This document shows, in pieces, positions 25,613 through 40,345 of a stretch of DNA of 64,000 nucleotides. Below the pieces are notes generated by a model. It did no database searches. It was given only the letters and a program-made list of their open reading frames with translations, and was not told the DNA's origin. The DNA comes from Camelus ferus (taxonomy: Eukaryota). The stretch lies in the NCBI RefSeq assembly GCF_009834535.1, contig NC_045707.1, positions 49,044,001 to 49,108,000 of the forward strand, written 5' to 3'. The translations under genes and the position numbers were made by a program. Position 1 is the first letter of the stretch. Every line of letters starts with the position of its first letter.

Positions 25613-26213
25613 GTAATTGTTTCAATTCTTAATATGGAAACATTTAGTGATTGTTTCTGCTCAATAAACTGAAAATGTACTATAGGGTCTAGGTGCATTC
25701 TGCTTATTTAAAGATATAACTGAGACTAACAATATGGAAGCTAAATACTGAAGAATAAAATTTGCCCACAAAAAAGAAAAAAAAAATGTTTAAATTTCTG
25801 CTCCTGAGACCTCTTAACTGTCTGGAGGAAAATGCATTAGTTTGATTTACTTAGGAGATACAAAATTTTAGCTCAAAAAACTTCGTTGAGTGCACCAGAT
25901 ATAGTGAACATTTGAAAGCTTGCTCTCTCTTTCAAGTTTCTAAAGAGAGGTCCCTTGTCAAGCTTCAAGAAAGATGTGAAACTATCAGATTTGTTTTCAT
26001 ATGAGAATCCTATGAGTCAAAAAAATGTAAGACCTACAGCAAGAAAGGATGAAGGTGTTGTGCTGTGTGTGTGTACGGGAGCATGTGTGTTTATATATGT
26101 GTGTAGAGTAGCATGAAAAAGCAAAGACTATGCCATGCCATTTATTAGAACATGCAAAAGATGATGCTAACATTTGTCAATTCTCAATTCTCAGATTTAA
26201 AAAAAAGTTAAGA

Positions 26214-26760
26214 AATGGCCAAAACGTGGAAACAACCTAAATGTCCATCAACAGATGACTGGATAAAGAAGCTGTGGTATATTTATACAATAGAATACTA
26301 CTCAGCCAGAAAAAGTAATAAAATAATGCCATTTGCAGCAACATGGATGGACCTGGAGATTGTCATTCTAAGTGAAGTAAGCCAGAAAGAGAGAAAAATA
26401 CCATATAATACCACTTATATGTAGAATCTAAATTTTAAAAAAAGACAAATGAACTTATTTACAAAACAGAAACAGACTCACAGACATAGAAAACAAATTT
26501 AAGGTTACCAGGGGGAGAGGGTTGGGAAAGGATAAATTGGGAGTTCAATTTGCAGATACTAACAAATATAAAATAGATAAACAAAAAGTTTATACTGTAT
26601 AGCACAGGAAACTATATTCAATATCTTGTAGTAACTTACGGTGAAAAAGAATGTGAAAATGAATATATGCATGTTCATGTATGACTGAAGCATTATGCAG
26701 TACACCAGAAGCTGACACAACATTGTAAATTGACTATATACACACACACACAAAATAAAA
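26214..26760 (+). mobile_element. L1 3' fragment: ORF2 C-terminus plus 3' UTR (comparatively young)
   Basis: ORF 26215-26424 AKTWKQPKCPSTDDWIKKLWYIYTIEYYSA...MPFAATWMDLEIVILSEVSQ is the L1 ORF2p C-terminus, followed by 3' UTR and an (AC)/A-rich tail. Confidence 0.95.
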
Positions 26761-28604
26761 AGAAATATATGCGTGTACATGTGAAATACACACACACACA
26801 AACACACACGGGTGCTTCTTCATCTCACCAACTATATATATCACCAGTTGCTCCTTTCTTATGTGATGTCTTTGGCACACTTTCAAATGGATTTCATTTA
26901 ATTAAATTTGGAACTTTCATGGGGAAAACTTTCTAATCTCTTATTTCACCTTTGACAGTGGCAAACATAGCTATTTGCATACTTACTATTCATAACAACA
27001 AAAGAAATTAAGCATTTGCATTTACTATTAAAAAGAGAGGTGAAAAACATTGCACATTTTATGAGCACCGAAGTCACAATTTTCAGTTGTCCTTCCACTA
27101 AGGAAATTTGTGGCCTTTGAGCAATACAGCCTTCTGTACTGGGGGACAAATTACACATATGAAGTTCCTTGCCTTACAAAAACAATACAGCACGTTTATT
27201 TTACTGAGGTTTTAATTTTTTCTTCTGTATTATCAAAAAATGAAGAACATACTAAATAATCAGTAAGTAGACTGACTTCTATCAAACCTGATAGCCACAT
27301 AGTTTGTGTGTACATATGTGTAAGAGAAAGAGAGAGAGATCCGAAGAGAGAGATCTGAAGAGAAATGGCTGTAAAATGTGTGAGTCTTAGCTCATTAACA
27401 TTCCAGAATAAGAGTGATGAATTCAAAATGGTATTTCAATGCTATTGAAGCATTATCTCCTTTACTGCTAATGTTTTTAAAAGTTAAACTTTTTCACAGA
27501 GTCAGAAATAGCTAGATTTCATGAAGAAGAATGAAAGAAAAATAAAAGAGCGTCTGACATGGTATATTCAAGGAATCCTAAACATATGATGATCCACTAT
27601 TCCCTTCAGTTCATGAACCATATGTTCTGCTTTCCTGTCTAGGGGAGATGTAACAGTTGACATCTGGAAGGCTTTTTCTGCCCTTAATTTAAAAAAAAAT
27701 CCTGTTTTAAATAAAGCTGAAATATTAGAAGTGATATAGAAATGTAGAAGCATGCTTTTGACTAGCAGCAGTACTAAAATTTCAATATAAAACCCATTGG
27801 TTATATATTTTATATCCAGTTTACTCAGCATAAATGAGGTCTGGAGTCTCTGTGTATTAAGAAAAGCTCAATTAAATAAGCTAGTAAAAATAGACATTCA
27901 TTTTCTAACTCAAAACATTTCTCATTTGCAAAAAAAATAAATAAAGGTGAACACTCATTTTAATCCCTCAGATCGGAAGTAACATATGATATAGAAATTC
28001 AGAACCAAAATGTGTTTGATAGCTAAATTTGGCATAAATCTTGCTTACTTGATTAATGAACAGAGTTATTTTAATCAGAAAGTGCACTGGATACCATGAC
28101 ATAACCATGACCCAGATATGTGAGGCTGACTTTTAAATGCCTCCAGCTGTCTCTAATATACTTGCTTCACCTTAAAATCTTAAAATAGGTATACATGAAG
28201 GGGTGTCATCAGTGTTAAGAAGTTTAAACATAGCATCATTAAATATATCTGAGGAAAATCTAGTCTGAATAGCATTTACCTTAAAAAGTCAGAAAAATCA
28301 ATTAGTTCTATATATTTCATTTCATCAAAAAGATACCAAGTGTCATATATGAGGAAACTCACAGAAGTTGTTAGAATAAATCTGACATACCATAAATCAA
28401 GCTTTTTCCACAAATAAAAAGATTTTTATGTAGCTAAATTAATGCTCTAACATCAATTTTATAATTAAAGTCAACTTTAAGACAACTTACATTCAAAATT
28501 TGCTTTGAATATTATGTTGGAAAATCCACCCCCCACAAAACTTTATAATAATATCCTGTTTTATGTTTACTGTGAGTCATCAACTCTGCATAGGAGCACA
28601 TAGC

Positions 28605-28809
28605 ATATTCCACAGCTAATTTGGTGGCCACTAACCACATGTGGATATTTAAATTTCAAGTAATTAAAATTCCATAAAATTTAAAAATTCAGTCCCTTGG
28701 TTCCTCACATTTTATGCATTCATCACACACACATGGCCAATGGTTATTGTATTGGGCAGCACAGATATAGAACATTTCCATGTGGCAGAAAGTTCTATTG
28801 GACAAGGTT
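28605..28809. mobile_element. MER3-like hAT-Charlie DNA transposon
   Basis: ggtggccactaaccacatgtggatattt...tattgggcagcacagatatagaacatttcc...gcagaaagttctattggaca. Confidence 0.85.
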
Positions 28810-28859
28810 GTAAATAGAGTCCTGGAAAGGATTTCAGGGGTAAGCACTCAGAATTTCAG

Positions 28860-29110
28860 GAAGTGTTAAAAATGGCAGAATTATTTATTTAGCCTGGAAA
28901 GAAGAAAGAGGGCTGGCCTCATAATGGTCTTTGAATGACGGAAAGGATACAAAGAGAGACAACCAGCTGTTTTTCATATACTGGGTAGAGACAGGAGGAA
29001 TTGATTTAAAATACAATGGAGGGAATGAGGTTAAATAGAAAAAGTGAGGATTATTAAAAAAGTGAATGACTTACAGGAAACCTCCTCCATGGCTTTCTAC
29101 AAGAAAGCCA
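28860..29110 (+). mobile_element. L3/CR1 LINE 3' relic
   Basis: tttagcctggaaagaagaa...ataatggtctttgaat...acaggaggaattgatttaaaatacaatggagggaatgaggttaaata resembles the CR1 ORF2 end. Confidence 0.55.
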
Positions 29111-29194
29111 CATACCTAGTAAAATCTATTAATATTTATCATTGATAATTAAGCCAAACACTTAGGTCTCTTTTCTAAACTCAGAGAAATGCAG

Positions 29195-29797
29195 TTAATT
29201 AATTAATCAATACTTATTGGGCAAGTACTACGTATCAGAAAATGTGTGAGAGAGAGAGAGGATGTACAGCAGGAGCACTAAACACAATTTACCTAATTCC
29301 TTCTCCAGGAATGGAGATAATAAATACATAAACAGTTTCAGGTAATACAAGGGGGTAATGGAAAAGGCAAAATATAATTTTGCGGAAGTAATGGTGGGTA
29401 GTACATGAATTTTGGAAGTCAAGGAAGGACTATTTGAAGAGTTGATATTTGTGTTGAGATTTCTGTGGAGAGGAGGAGACAATCCTGAGAGAATCAGATA
29501 ATCTAGAGGTAGACTGCTTTAAGCAGAAGACACAGGAAGTGCCAAACCCTCAAACTTCACACATTAAAGGGAAAATAAAAGTCACTGTGGTTGGAGAATA
29601 ATAAAGGAAAAGAGTGGCTTGAGATGAGCTGGAGATACATGTAGGGGCCAGTTCACGTAGGGCCTTGTGAGCCATGATACGGAGTTAGATGTTCTGGTTG
29701 CAACAGAAAGCCAGCATTTAACAAGATCATTCCAGCTCTTCTTTGACAGCTGAGATGTGCAGTTATGAGGGGATGAGAGGGGCAGAGAGGGCACAGC
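29195..29797 (-). mobile_element. L2 relic (appears to resume at ~31465-31550)
   Basis: atcaatacttattgggcaagtactacgtatcag...gtcaaggaaggactatttgaagagttgatattt...gagatgagctggaga...gtagggccttgtgagccatg. Confidence 0.8.
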
Positions 29798-31338
29798 TTA
29801 TCTATTTTATGCATAATATGTATCTGTTAATCCCATTCTCCTAATATGTCCCTCCCTACTACCTCCCTTTCCCCTTTGGTAATGATAAATTTGTTTTCTA
29901 TTTATGTGAGTCGGTTTCTGTTTTGTATAAAGATTCATTTTATTCTTTTTAGATTTTGTGGTTTCATATAAATTTTAAGATTATTTGTTTTAGTCCTGTG
30001 AAAAATGTCATGAGTATTTTGATAGGGATTGCACTAAATGTGTAGATTGCCTCAGGTAGGACGGCCATTTTAACAATATTAATTCTGTCAATCCAAGAGC
30101 ATGGGTTGGTTATCTTTCCATTTTTTGAATCATCTTCATTTCCTTTATCAATGTTCTACAGTTTTCAGCATATTATTAGCTTAAGTGTATTCCTAGGTAC
30201 TTTTTACATAATTTTCAATGTAATTAACATTTTTCTCTAATATTTCATTGCTAGCATAGAGAAATCTAACAGATTTTTGTATATTAATCTTATTTCCTGC
30301 TACCTCGCTGAATCAGTTTATTAGTTCTAATAATTTTTGTGTGGAGACTTCAGGGTTCTCTATATAGAGTTTCATGTCATCTGCAAATAATGACAGTTTC
30401 ACCTCTTCCTTTCCAATCTGGGTATCTTTTATATCTTTTTCTTGTCTGATTGCTGTGGCTAAGACTTCCAATACCATGATGAATAGAAATGGTGAAAGTG
30501 GGTATCCTTGTCTTCTTCTTGAATTTAGTGGGAAAGTTTTCAGCTTTTCACCATTGAGTATTGTGTTGGCTGTACAATTGTTGTAAATGGCTTTTATTAT
30601 TTTGAGATACCTACACACCGTGGCAAGAGTTTTTGTCATGAATATATACTGAATTTTGTCAAATGTTTTTCTGAGTTTACTGAGATGATCATGTGGTTTT
30701 TGTCTTTCCATTTCTTTATGTCGTGTGTCACACTGATCTCCTTACAACATTGGAATGAATGCAACTTAATCACAGTGCATGATTCTTTTCTTGTATTGTT
30801 TGATTTGGTTTGCTGTATTTTGTTGAGGATTTTTGCATCTATATTCATTCAAGATATTGGTCTGTAATTTCCTTTTTTTCTAGTGTCTTTGTCTTGTTGG
30901 TGTCTTGTTTGGTATGGTGGCTTCATAGATTAAATTTGGGAGTGTTTTCTCCTTTTCAATTTTTGGGAATAGTTTGAGCAGGATAGGTATAAGTTCTCTG
31001 TATGTTTGGTAGAATTATGCTGTGAAGCCATCTGGTCCTGGACTTTTGTCTGAAAGGAGGTTTCTTTATTATTATTATTATTACTACAGATTCTAATTCA
31101 CTTCTAGTGATCAGTCTGTTCAAGTTATCTGATTCTTCTTGACTCAGTTTTGGCAGGCTTTATGTTTCGAGGAATTTGTCCATTTTTTCTAGGTTGTCTA
31201 ATTTGTTGACTTTAACCACTCATAATATTCTCTTATTATTTTTTGTATTTCTGTGGTATCAGTTGTTATTTTTCCTCTTTCATTTCTTATGTTGTTTATT
31301 TGGGTCCTCTCTCTTTTCTTCTTAGTAAGCCTGGCTAG
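29798..31338 (-). mobile_element. L1 fragment: ORF2 reverse transcriptase region joined to partial 3' UTR
   Basis: ORFs 30636-30848 (MNIDAKILNK...KNHMIIS) and 30313-30711 (IIKAIY...[15 protein letters not shown]...[11 protein letters not shown]...[12 protein letters not shown]...KLSLFADDM) carry L1 RT motifs with frameshifts. Confidence 0.96.
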
Positions 31339-31959
31339 TCACTTTGTTATTATACACCTGGGGACAGCTACTCTGTCCTGTAATGGAGACACTGACACCT
31401 GAGCAAGCAGCACTTGAAGACCTCAGTGGGTAGATCCTGAAAAGTCAGGTGTTGCATTTTCATAGGTGGTAAAACAGCTATGGTAGCCAGAAGCAAGGAG
31501 AGAGAGAAAACTTTGATGCTGGAGATCTTGGGAAAGAATTGATGACTCTTAATATTTCATTACTTATTCACATGGAAAAGCATTTCTCTAACAAGCATTT
31601 GGTGTTGAATTCTAAGTTCTTATATAAGGCAATATAATTCTGCCATTTATATAAAAAGATCTGTTAATAACTTTAAGCAAACTGTTTCCTTTTTCATACT
31701 GTTAGCACATACTTCTGTGATCAGTCTTTTGTATGTATAAATTAATCACTTACAGCCATACAAAAGGAGTTGACTAAAAATTTAAACAGATGTGGTCTAG
31801 ATTTGCATGATGACCTGTTCAGTGATGCCATTTGAAAGTTTTCTATAAAACTCCACAGTGTTTTAATTATGTCTTACTTGTTCTTATAGTTGCATAAAAG
31901 AAATTAATTGACCAATTATTTTTCACAAATATCATTAGAAAATATCACTAAAATTATAT

Positions 31960-32050
31960 TTCATTCATTCATCATTTATTCATCCCACAAACATTTGTTG
32001 AATATTATGTGTCAAGCACTGTGCAAAGTGCTGAAATAATCAGAAGCTAG
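31960..32050 (-). mobile_element. L2 3' tail
   Basis: ttcattcattc...acatttgttgaatattatgtgtcaagcactgtgc. Confidence 0.75.
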
Positions 32051-33184
32051 TAGAGACTAGTTGAGATTTGTTACTCAATGAAAGCTATGTTATTTTCAAA
32101 ACAATTTAGGATAATGAAATTTCAAATAAATATAATGCATCACTATATAGTTATAATAACAGGGAGTGCTTTCTGGGTTACTTATAATGTCTATTTTATC
32201 TTCAGAGCTTAGGGTTCCTCCTGTTAATCCTTAGGTAGTCAATGCAGAAATAATCAAGACATTATCTCCAAATGAATCAAGAAACAGGAGTTTAATAATG
32301 GATAGGACACATTCTCTCAAGAAATGTTGCAGTCATTTGTCACCAGGTAATTTAATTTCTGCGTTGGGTAGGGAGGGCAGGGAGTGAATCTCATTATAAG
32401 CAGTTCTCTATATGTTCCAACAACTAACCTAGATAATTTAATATAATTATGTAATATAATCTTCACAACAATTTCAGATGCTTTATCCTTGTTTTTGTAG
32501 GAAACAGATTCAAGCATACTGAAGGTTGTCAAATTTCATCCAGCTACTGCAAAGCCTTGTCTATCTTTTCTAAGAGACTGCTTTTCATTTTATCACATTC
32601 AGAACCATTCTGGAGACAATGCTAGAATGATTCAAACACAAAGGATTATTACAGCACCTTAATGTATATTTTGTTTTAGAGTAGTGTTTTCATATACATT
32701 ATGTTTTCTTTAAAATGACTCATTCTTGGCATTCACATTGATAAAAGTATTTTGGAAAGAATGACGCACTAGGAGAATTCTTTTGATTCCTTCTCAATGG
32801 GAGTCAGTTTAATGTAATTAAAGTTGATTTCAAGACAGAGAAATAAAACTGGGCCCAAGAGCTTAGTGAAAGAAACACCATTGTGCTACACTCCCCAAAT
32901 GTTTTGGTGAGATATTCTGGACTACTTGGTTATTTTCTAGAACTAAACACAAGATACTCAAGTAGTTTTCGAGGTATAACATTTATCACTTACTTCTAGG
33001 TCAGTCATCACAGCATTAATGGGGAGGGGGGTGGTTTAACAGATAGACAACTGTGTTGCAAATAACGACTACAGTAATTCATGACCTTATTTCCTAACGT
33101 GTAAACTAAATCATCCTAGGGTTAAAATATTCCAACTTCAAGTGTATTACATCTCTACCTTATTAACACTGAAAAGAAAAACTT

Positions 33185-33372
33185 TTCTATTCCAAAATAA
33201 TTTAAAATTCTGCATGGAAGTTGAAAAATAGTAGAGTTCCATGTACCCTTCACCTGCCTTTCCTCAATGATAACATCTTACATGATCATGATACAATCAG
33301 GAGATATAATCAAAATCAGGAGACTGGTCGAAACTACTAACTAAATGACGGACCATATTCATATTTCAACTA
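33185..33372 (-). mobile_element. Old L1 (L1MC-like) 3' end
   Basis: gaagttgaaaaatagtagagttccatgtacccttcacctgcctttcctcaatgataacatcttaca. Confidence 0.65.
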
Positions 33373-34977
33373 TTTAGTCTTTACTTTAATTACTAATTCA
33401 TTCTTCTATTTACTTATTATTGATGCTTCCTTAGGAGAAGTTTTAACTTATGTTTCTGTGGAGTTGTTAATAAGTGTCAATCTTTATATTTACAGTCACA
33501 AATTGGGAGTAGAAGAGAAGACCTTTTCTGGGGAGTAAAAGAAAATTCTATGAATTATACTATAGGGAAAAAACACATCTTGTCTTCCCTTATGTGAGCA
33601 TAGCTAATACGGAAACTTACATTTTTAGGCTGGCTTACCCTACTCAAAAGAATAAAAAAAAAATACAATCCACACTGAATATAATCTAGTTTATGAAACA
33701 ATTAAAATATAAAGTATATATCTTATATTCACATTAAAAGATCATAAAAAGCCAAGCAAGAATTTTTTTATGGAAATTTAAATACCTAAAAGCTGCTGAT
33801 AGAGGCACTGCTCAGATTAGGCAGTGAGGCCATGTTATTTACTTATTTTAAGAGAACTTTGTGAGGTGCCTTTGGAAAGACCAGCTTCTCTTGGCTGTTC
33901 TCTGGTTGGAACACATGGGGCAGAAAATTGGTGCCAGGAGCTTCTAACATTGCAGCTTAAATGTCCAGAATTAACTGTAAAATCACCAGTAAGATTATAA
34001 TTTGCTTTTAAAGTTCCCTCTCCTGTAGTTTAAACTTCTATTTGACTTTATTTTTGATCATTTCTTTTTTATATTTTCCAATACTGAAAACTACTTAACC
34101 TGCAATATTGAAAGTATACTATTATAAAACAATCATTTAGACTGAAGCCATTCAGTTCCCATCAGTATGATCAATAAAAGGTAGAAACTTCTGTATGTTA
34201 AAACATTTCCAGAGTTGCGGTACACAGCCAAATAATGGTTTAGTTCTGGAAAGCTAAGCTCCATAAATCTATATTTTGACATCCCAGGTCTTGAACCAAG
34301 CAATAATAATTTTCAGTAGAAAACCATTTAAATATCTTAGAAGAGTTAAGGTTAGCTCCATACAACATGTTTGTTCATCAAAAAACTGAATTAATTTCCA
34401 ATTTTATTTATTCAGCATTAATTAAAATTTTATCTCAACTTGGAGAAGGCTATTTATATTTATAAACTAGAAAAAAAAACCTTATAAAGTACATACTACA
34501 TAATAGAAATTATTGTAAGCATTTACATAAACAACTCAACCATTCTAAAATATCTAAGTATGTATGATTATATTATGTTAATCTTTTCAGATGACTAAAC
34601 TAAGGTAAAAAGAAGTTGAAGAAAGGATTCCCATATTATTTGGAAGATTGGATTGGGTGAATCTGTAATCTCTTTCAGCCCTAAGATTCTGCAATCCTAC
34701 AAAAAATATGCTTTAACAACCGTGAAGAAAGAGGGATGGGAGGAATACTAAATATTACCACACACTTATCCTGTTAGAAACAGATCATCAATTATACTTG
34801 CCAATTTATTCACAAGAATTTGAAATTATCTCTGTTATCATTTTTTAAATGAGATTTTTGGTATAGTAGTCTCTATAACAACATCTACAATTAAAGAATA
34901 GGTATCTGGCCTCAAATTATTTCTAATAAATAATAATTCAGTAGAAACATTAAGAGCACAGAGTAGAAAGAGTGAAC

Positions 34978-36645
34978 TTAGAATACCCATACTACCCAAA
35001 GTTATCCATAGATTCAATCCAATTCTTATCAAAATCCCGATGGCATTTTTCACAGAAATGAAAAAAAAAATCCTAAAATTTGTATGAAACCATGAAAGAC
35101 CTCAAATAGCCAAAGCATTCCTGAGAAAGAACAAAGCTGGATGCATCACACTTCCTGATTTCAAACTACACTACAAAGCTATAATAATCAAAGCTATATG
35201 CATAAAAATAGACACACAGACCAACAGAAGAAAATCAAGAGCCCAGAAAGAAATCTCCACATATACAGTCAACTAACATTTGATAAGTGAGCCAGGAATA
35301 TGCACTAAGGAAAAGATAGTCTCTTCGATAAATGGTGATGGAAAACCTGGATAACCACAGCCAGAGAAATTAAATTAGACTTGTATCTTACACCACTCAC
35401 AAAATATTAATTATAAATGAATTAAAGACTTAAATATAAGACTTTAAACTTTAAAACCCCTACCAGAAAACATAAGGAAAAAGCTTTTCGACATTGGTCT
35501 TGACACAATTTTTTGATACGACATCAAAAGTAAAACTCAATAAATGGGACTTCATCAAGCTAAAAAGCTTCTGCATAGCAAAAGAAACAATCAGCAATAT
35601 TAAAAAGCAACCTACGGAATGTTAGAAAATATTTGCAAATCATATTATCTAAAAAAGGGTTAATATCCAAAATATATAAAGAACTCATGCAACTCAATAA
35701 CAAAGAAACAACCTGATTAAAAAATGGACAATGGAATTAAATAGATAATTTTTTTCCAAAGATGGTCAGCAGGATACATGAAAAGGTGTTCAGGTGCTCA
35801 CTGTTACTAATCATCAAGGAAGCACAAATCACAACCACAAGGAGATATCACTTCTAACCTGTTGGAATGGCTGTCATCAAGATGACAAGAGATAACAAGT
35901 GTTGGTGAGAATGTGGAGAAAAGGGAACCCTTGTGCACCCTTGGTGGGATGGGAATGTGAATTCTCCACAATGGAGAATTTCATATGGAGGTTCCTCAAA
36001 AATTTAAAAATAGAACTATCATACGATCTAGCAACCCCACTTCTGAGTATAAGTTCACTGCAATAAATTTATAATAGTCAATGTATGGAAACAACCTAAA
36101 AGTATGTCAATGGATGAATAGATAAAGAAGATATGGTGTATACAAAATAAAGTATTATTCAGTCATGAGGAAGAAGAAAATCCTGCCATTTAAGATTGCA
36201 TGGATGGACCTTGAGAGTATTATGCTAGGTGAAATAAGTTAGAGTAAGACAAATATTGTATGATCTCACTTACACGTGGAATCCAAAAATGCCAATAGAA
36301 ACAGAATAGTATGGTGGCAACCAGGAGCTAGATATGGGAAAAATGGGGAGATGTTGGTGAAAGCATATAAACTTCCAGATAGATGATGAATAAGTTCTGG
36401 GGATCTAAGATACAGCATTGTGAATATAGTTAACATTATATAAATACTTGAAAGTTGCTATGAGAGTAGATCTTAAATGCTCTCATCACGAAATGGAATT
36501 ATGTGACACCATGGAGGCGTTAGCTAAAGCTATAGTGGTAATCATACTGGACTATATAAGTCTATCAAACCAACAGGTTGTACACCTTAAAGTTATACAA
36601 TGTTATATATCAATTACATCTCAATAAAGTGAGGGAAAAAAGAAA
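34978..36645 (+). mobile_element. L1 (L1MA9-like) 3' ~1.7 kb, ORF2 disrupted
   Basis: atactacccaaag...agattcaat...atcaaaatccc...aagaacaaagctgg...cctgatttcaaacta...aataaatgggacttcatcaagctaaaaagcttctgc through 3' UTR ...caattacatctcaataaag and A tail. Confidence 0.95.
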
Positions 36646-39600
36646 ATACACATATTATAAATATTAGATTATACATTTTCAACTATACTGAAAATAATTA
36701 AATGAACATTTGTTAAATTAATATATCCATATGAAATAAACTACATGCACAAAAGAAACAAAACAACAAACCTATGTGTCATCTCAACTCTTATTTTCTG
36801 CAAATAATTCACTTATCACTCAGCTTTGATATTCTCCTTTATAAAATATAAATAATGACACTAATCTTACAGGGCCATTTTGAGGATGAAAATTAGATAA
36901 ATGTAAAGCAAAAAGCTTGACAATTAGTATGGAATGAATTTTATAATCATTCTTACTTGTTAAAAGTCTTATTTTAATATAATTAATATTGGATTAAAAA
37001 AACTTACAAATTCACATATTTAGAGAGGAATCACTTTTCCAAAATAACACGGAAAATGAATAAAACTTGTCCTCCTGAGTTTTGATTTATTGTTTCAACT
37101 GTTAGACTTTTCAAAATTCTGGTATTTCTGCTGTCTTTTAAGGATGCTTCATTGTATTTATTCCCACTTCTCAACAAGCCCTAGAATTCATCTGGAACAT
37201 AATGCACATATTTCTAATCATTCTAGCAGATAAAAATTGGCATTTATTCATTATAAAAACTGGATATGTTTTGAATTCAAGTTTAAATACAAAAACTTAG
37301 AGACGTGGAGGGCATTCTGTTTTGGAATATGTTCTTCAAACATTCTTCCCTCTTATGATTAACTTTGTATTATCCTTTTTAGGTCTCAAATATTTCGACT
37401 TGGTTCATGATTTGTTCCTTTATGCAAATGTTGCAAAGAGAGCTACATTTTAAGAAAATGATGTCTTGCTAATGAAAGAGAATTCAATATAGAAAAACTG
37501 AGTCAATCTTGTGCAAAGAAATATCGTACAGAAACTTTTCTGTATGTGTTATAACATAGAATTTTTCTGAAAAAAAAATTTAATTTAGGGTAAGTTTTAA
37601 TCTACTGGACTCTATAAATCAGGTTGAAGAGAACTTATCTACAAGTGGGATGAAACATGAAAAGACTGCCTTCTCTATCCTCCCACATAAAATTTAATAT
37701 TCTAATAATTAGTTCCAAAGCAGTATTTCAAAACTAGATTTTACGCAATAAGAGCTTATGTCAGGGTGCTGTCAATGTCTTTAGTTTTTTAAGAAAAAAA
37801 AGTTTGTAGGTAGGTTGTATAATATTCCAATTTCACTTTTTCTCTTTCAGTTAAAAGAATTTCCTTAATGTCTGTTTTCAGCTCAATGAAATTTCTAATT
37901 TCTAATTTCTAATTTCAGTCTTGAAGTTACTCTCTTTTCATTTTTCTTCAGCCATTACCATGTTGTGGATTCATGCAATGCATCACTCTGGAATGCAATC
38001 TTTATGAACACATATAAAAGCCAATATTTTAATTGTTATGTTAGAGAAAAGATGGTCATAAATAATTTTGACTGAACTTGATTGCTGGGTAAACCAGTGA
38101 GAGGACTGGAAATAAAAATTCAAACAGCATTTTCAAGACAGTGTTGTTGGATAGACTAACTGCTTAAGTAGGAAGCTGTACTCAGGAATTTTATAAAGAC
38201 AGTGCAAACTCAGAAGAAGGTGCAACTGGGAAAATCATGGGACTGCAGGTTTAGTAAAACAAGTTTTATTTCTGGTTGCACTACTTGTGACTTCAGCCAA
38301 GTTACTTAATTATCCTGGGTTTGTATTATGCCATATATGAAAGCATGGTGTTGGGTTCATAAAACTTTAAAAACACAACACTAAAATTTATGATACTCTT
38401 TGGTTTAATGCCTCAGCAATAGAAATTTAAATCATTGTTTTCACAAATGAAAGAAAGAAAGGAAACTGAATGATGACTTTTGCTATATAACATATTGCTT
38501 GATTTTTTTTATCCTCATTTTCAGATAGGTAATATTTAGAGAACAGCATCTTATAACTCATTTAGGATCACACATCTAGTAAATTGAGGGACTGCCATTC
38601 AAAGTTGGGAATTGCTTCCCAATACTAATCTCGTTTCATTGTACTGCAGTTACTCTCAGAAGTTAGTGACTATGTTTGTTTTCCAAAAGAATTAAAATTA
38701 GCTTCAATGTCTTCACCTATGTTAGAGGGGTGTGTTTGGGTAGTCTGGGGTTAAGTCTTTAGTTTCTCTTTGCATATTACATTTCTTAAAGATTAAGAAA
38801 TATATGCTTATTAATAAATTTAAGTTGTCTTAAATGGTTTCAACTAGGTTGACGTTAAGATTTTTACTCCTTAGAATAATAATCTTCACATTTTAAAGAC
38901 AGTTTAATAATAGAAATTGCTTACGGGTCTTGTAATAGAGTTGCACAGGAGAATTTCCTAGTATCACTTGATAGGAAGTTCGGATTGTATGAAAAGCTCA
39001 ATAGATCTACTTTATAATAATACAAGCTTTTTCAAATTTTGGCAAATTATATATTTTATTCAAGCCTGAGAAAATGGATACAGATTAAATAGAGCTTCTA
39101 AGGAGAATATTATTTTGTTATATTTTGTTCTCAGGAAGAAAAGGAATTTATTATAACTCTATATGTGAGGTTTTTACTTCATACAAGGGAAGACTCTTTC
39201 AAGAATGTTTCTTATTAAGGTTACTTTATTTGCACTGTGCCTTTCTTTGTTTCTGCACTAGGAACCTTGTTAGGAAATTCTTTCGGGGCCATGCCTCATG
39301 TCCTGAAGCATTTAACGTTCGTAACCTATTTTCTTAGAACTCGCTTTTCATTTCCTGTGCTGAGCAAGTCAGTGAGTTGACCTTTGATATATAAAGAACA
39401 TACTTCAAGAAAGATCAAGCAAGGAGAATTATGGTATACCCTGTAATCTTTTATACACTGAAAAAAGATCTTTAAAAACATTGTGAGAATGCATACAATT
39501 GAACCAAATATATATTTAGGTTCATAGCACGTCTTCCCAGCAGATTTATTTATGGATTAGGTTATAGTCAATGCCTCATGCACTTTTTAGGTTACTATAA

Positions 39601-40069
39601 AGACAGATAGCATTATTTTGCATTTTTATTTTTTATATATTCTTCTAGTTATCTTTATTATTTGAAGGCAAGAACAATTAAAAAAGTAACTTTGTTGCTA
39701 TTTAATTCTAATATATTTAGTTTATTCTTCAGTCTGAATATACAAGCATTGCATGTGTGCATTTAAATCTCCTAATTGAAAATAATTTCACATCATTTTT
39801 AATAATAAATATGTTTGTTCATTTAAAATAGCCTAAGAAATATACTAAACATACTAAAACGTAACAAAATTTCTGGCCACTTATCTTTGTCACATATATT
39901 CAATATAAACAAAAAAAACTGAAGGAAAACATTCTTAAGTATCAACACTTACCAGTTTTATTTTACTGTCTAAGAGTAACATTCAAATTTTTCATGTGCA
40001 TTTGGTGCAAAATTACTCACTTATTCTAAAGTAGAACTTGTAAAAACTGATTTTACAGACTATAATATT

Positions 40070-40345
40070 TCATTCACTCAACACATTTACTGCACATTTA
40101 TCAATGCTGAACAGTATGCAAGATGTTGCAGGTACAATATGAATAAGATGTGGTCCTATCCTCAAGACAAGATATAAGTAAATAGACAATTAAAACTGAT
40201 GATTTCTGTGATGGGAGTAAGTATGAAAGGCTACAGGAGCACACAGGAGGCACACCAATCTTGTTCGGAGTAATAGAGGAGGCAAAGAGGAGGAAACAGT
40301 ATCTCAGCTAAGACCTACAGGTTGAGAAAGAATTAGCCAGATAAA
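40070..40345 (-). mobile_element. L2 3' relic
   Basis: ttcattcactcaacacatttactg...gaataagatgtggtcctatcctcaag...gctacaggagcacacaggagg...aggaattagccagataaag. Confidence 0.75.

Noticed and set aside
26215..26424. 69-aa ORF
   Set aside because: C-terminus of L1 ORF2 in a truncated insertion.
27568..27682. Possible minus-strand terminal exon (AEKAFQMSTVTSPLDRK...)
   Set aside because: Weak acceptor (aaattaag) and no recognisable protein.
30313..30848. 132-aa and 70-aa ORFs with reverse transcriptase motifs
   Set aside because: Frameshifted L1 ORF2 fossil, not a host gene or novel RT system.
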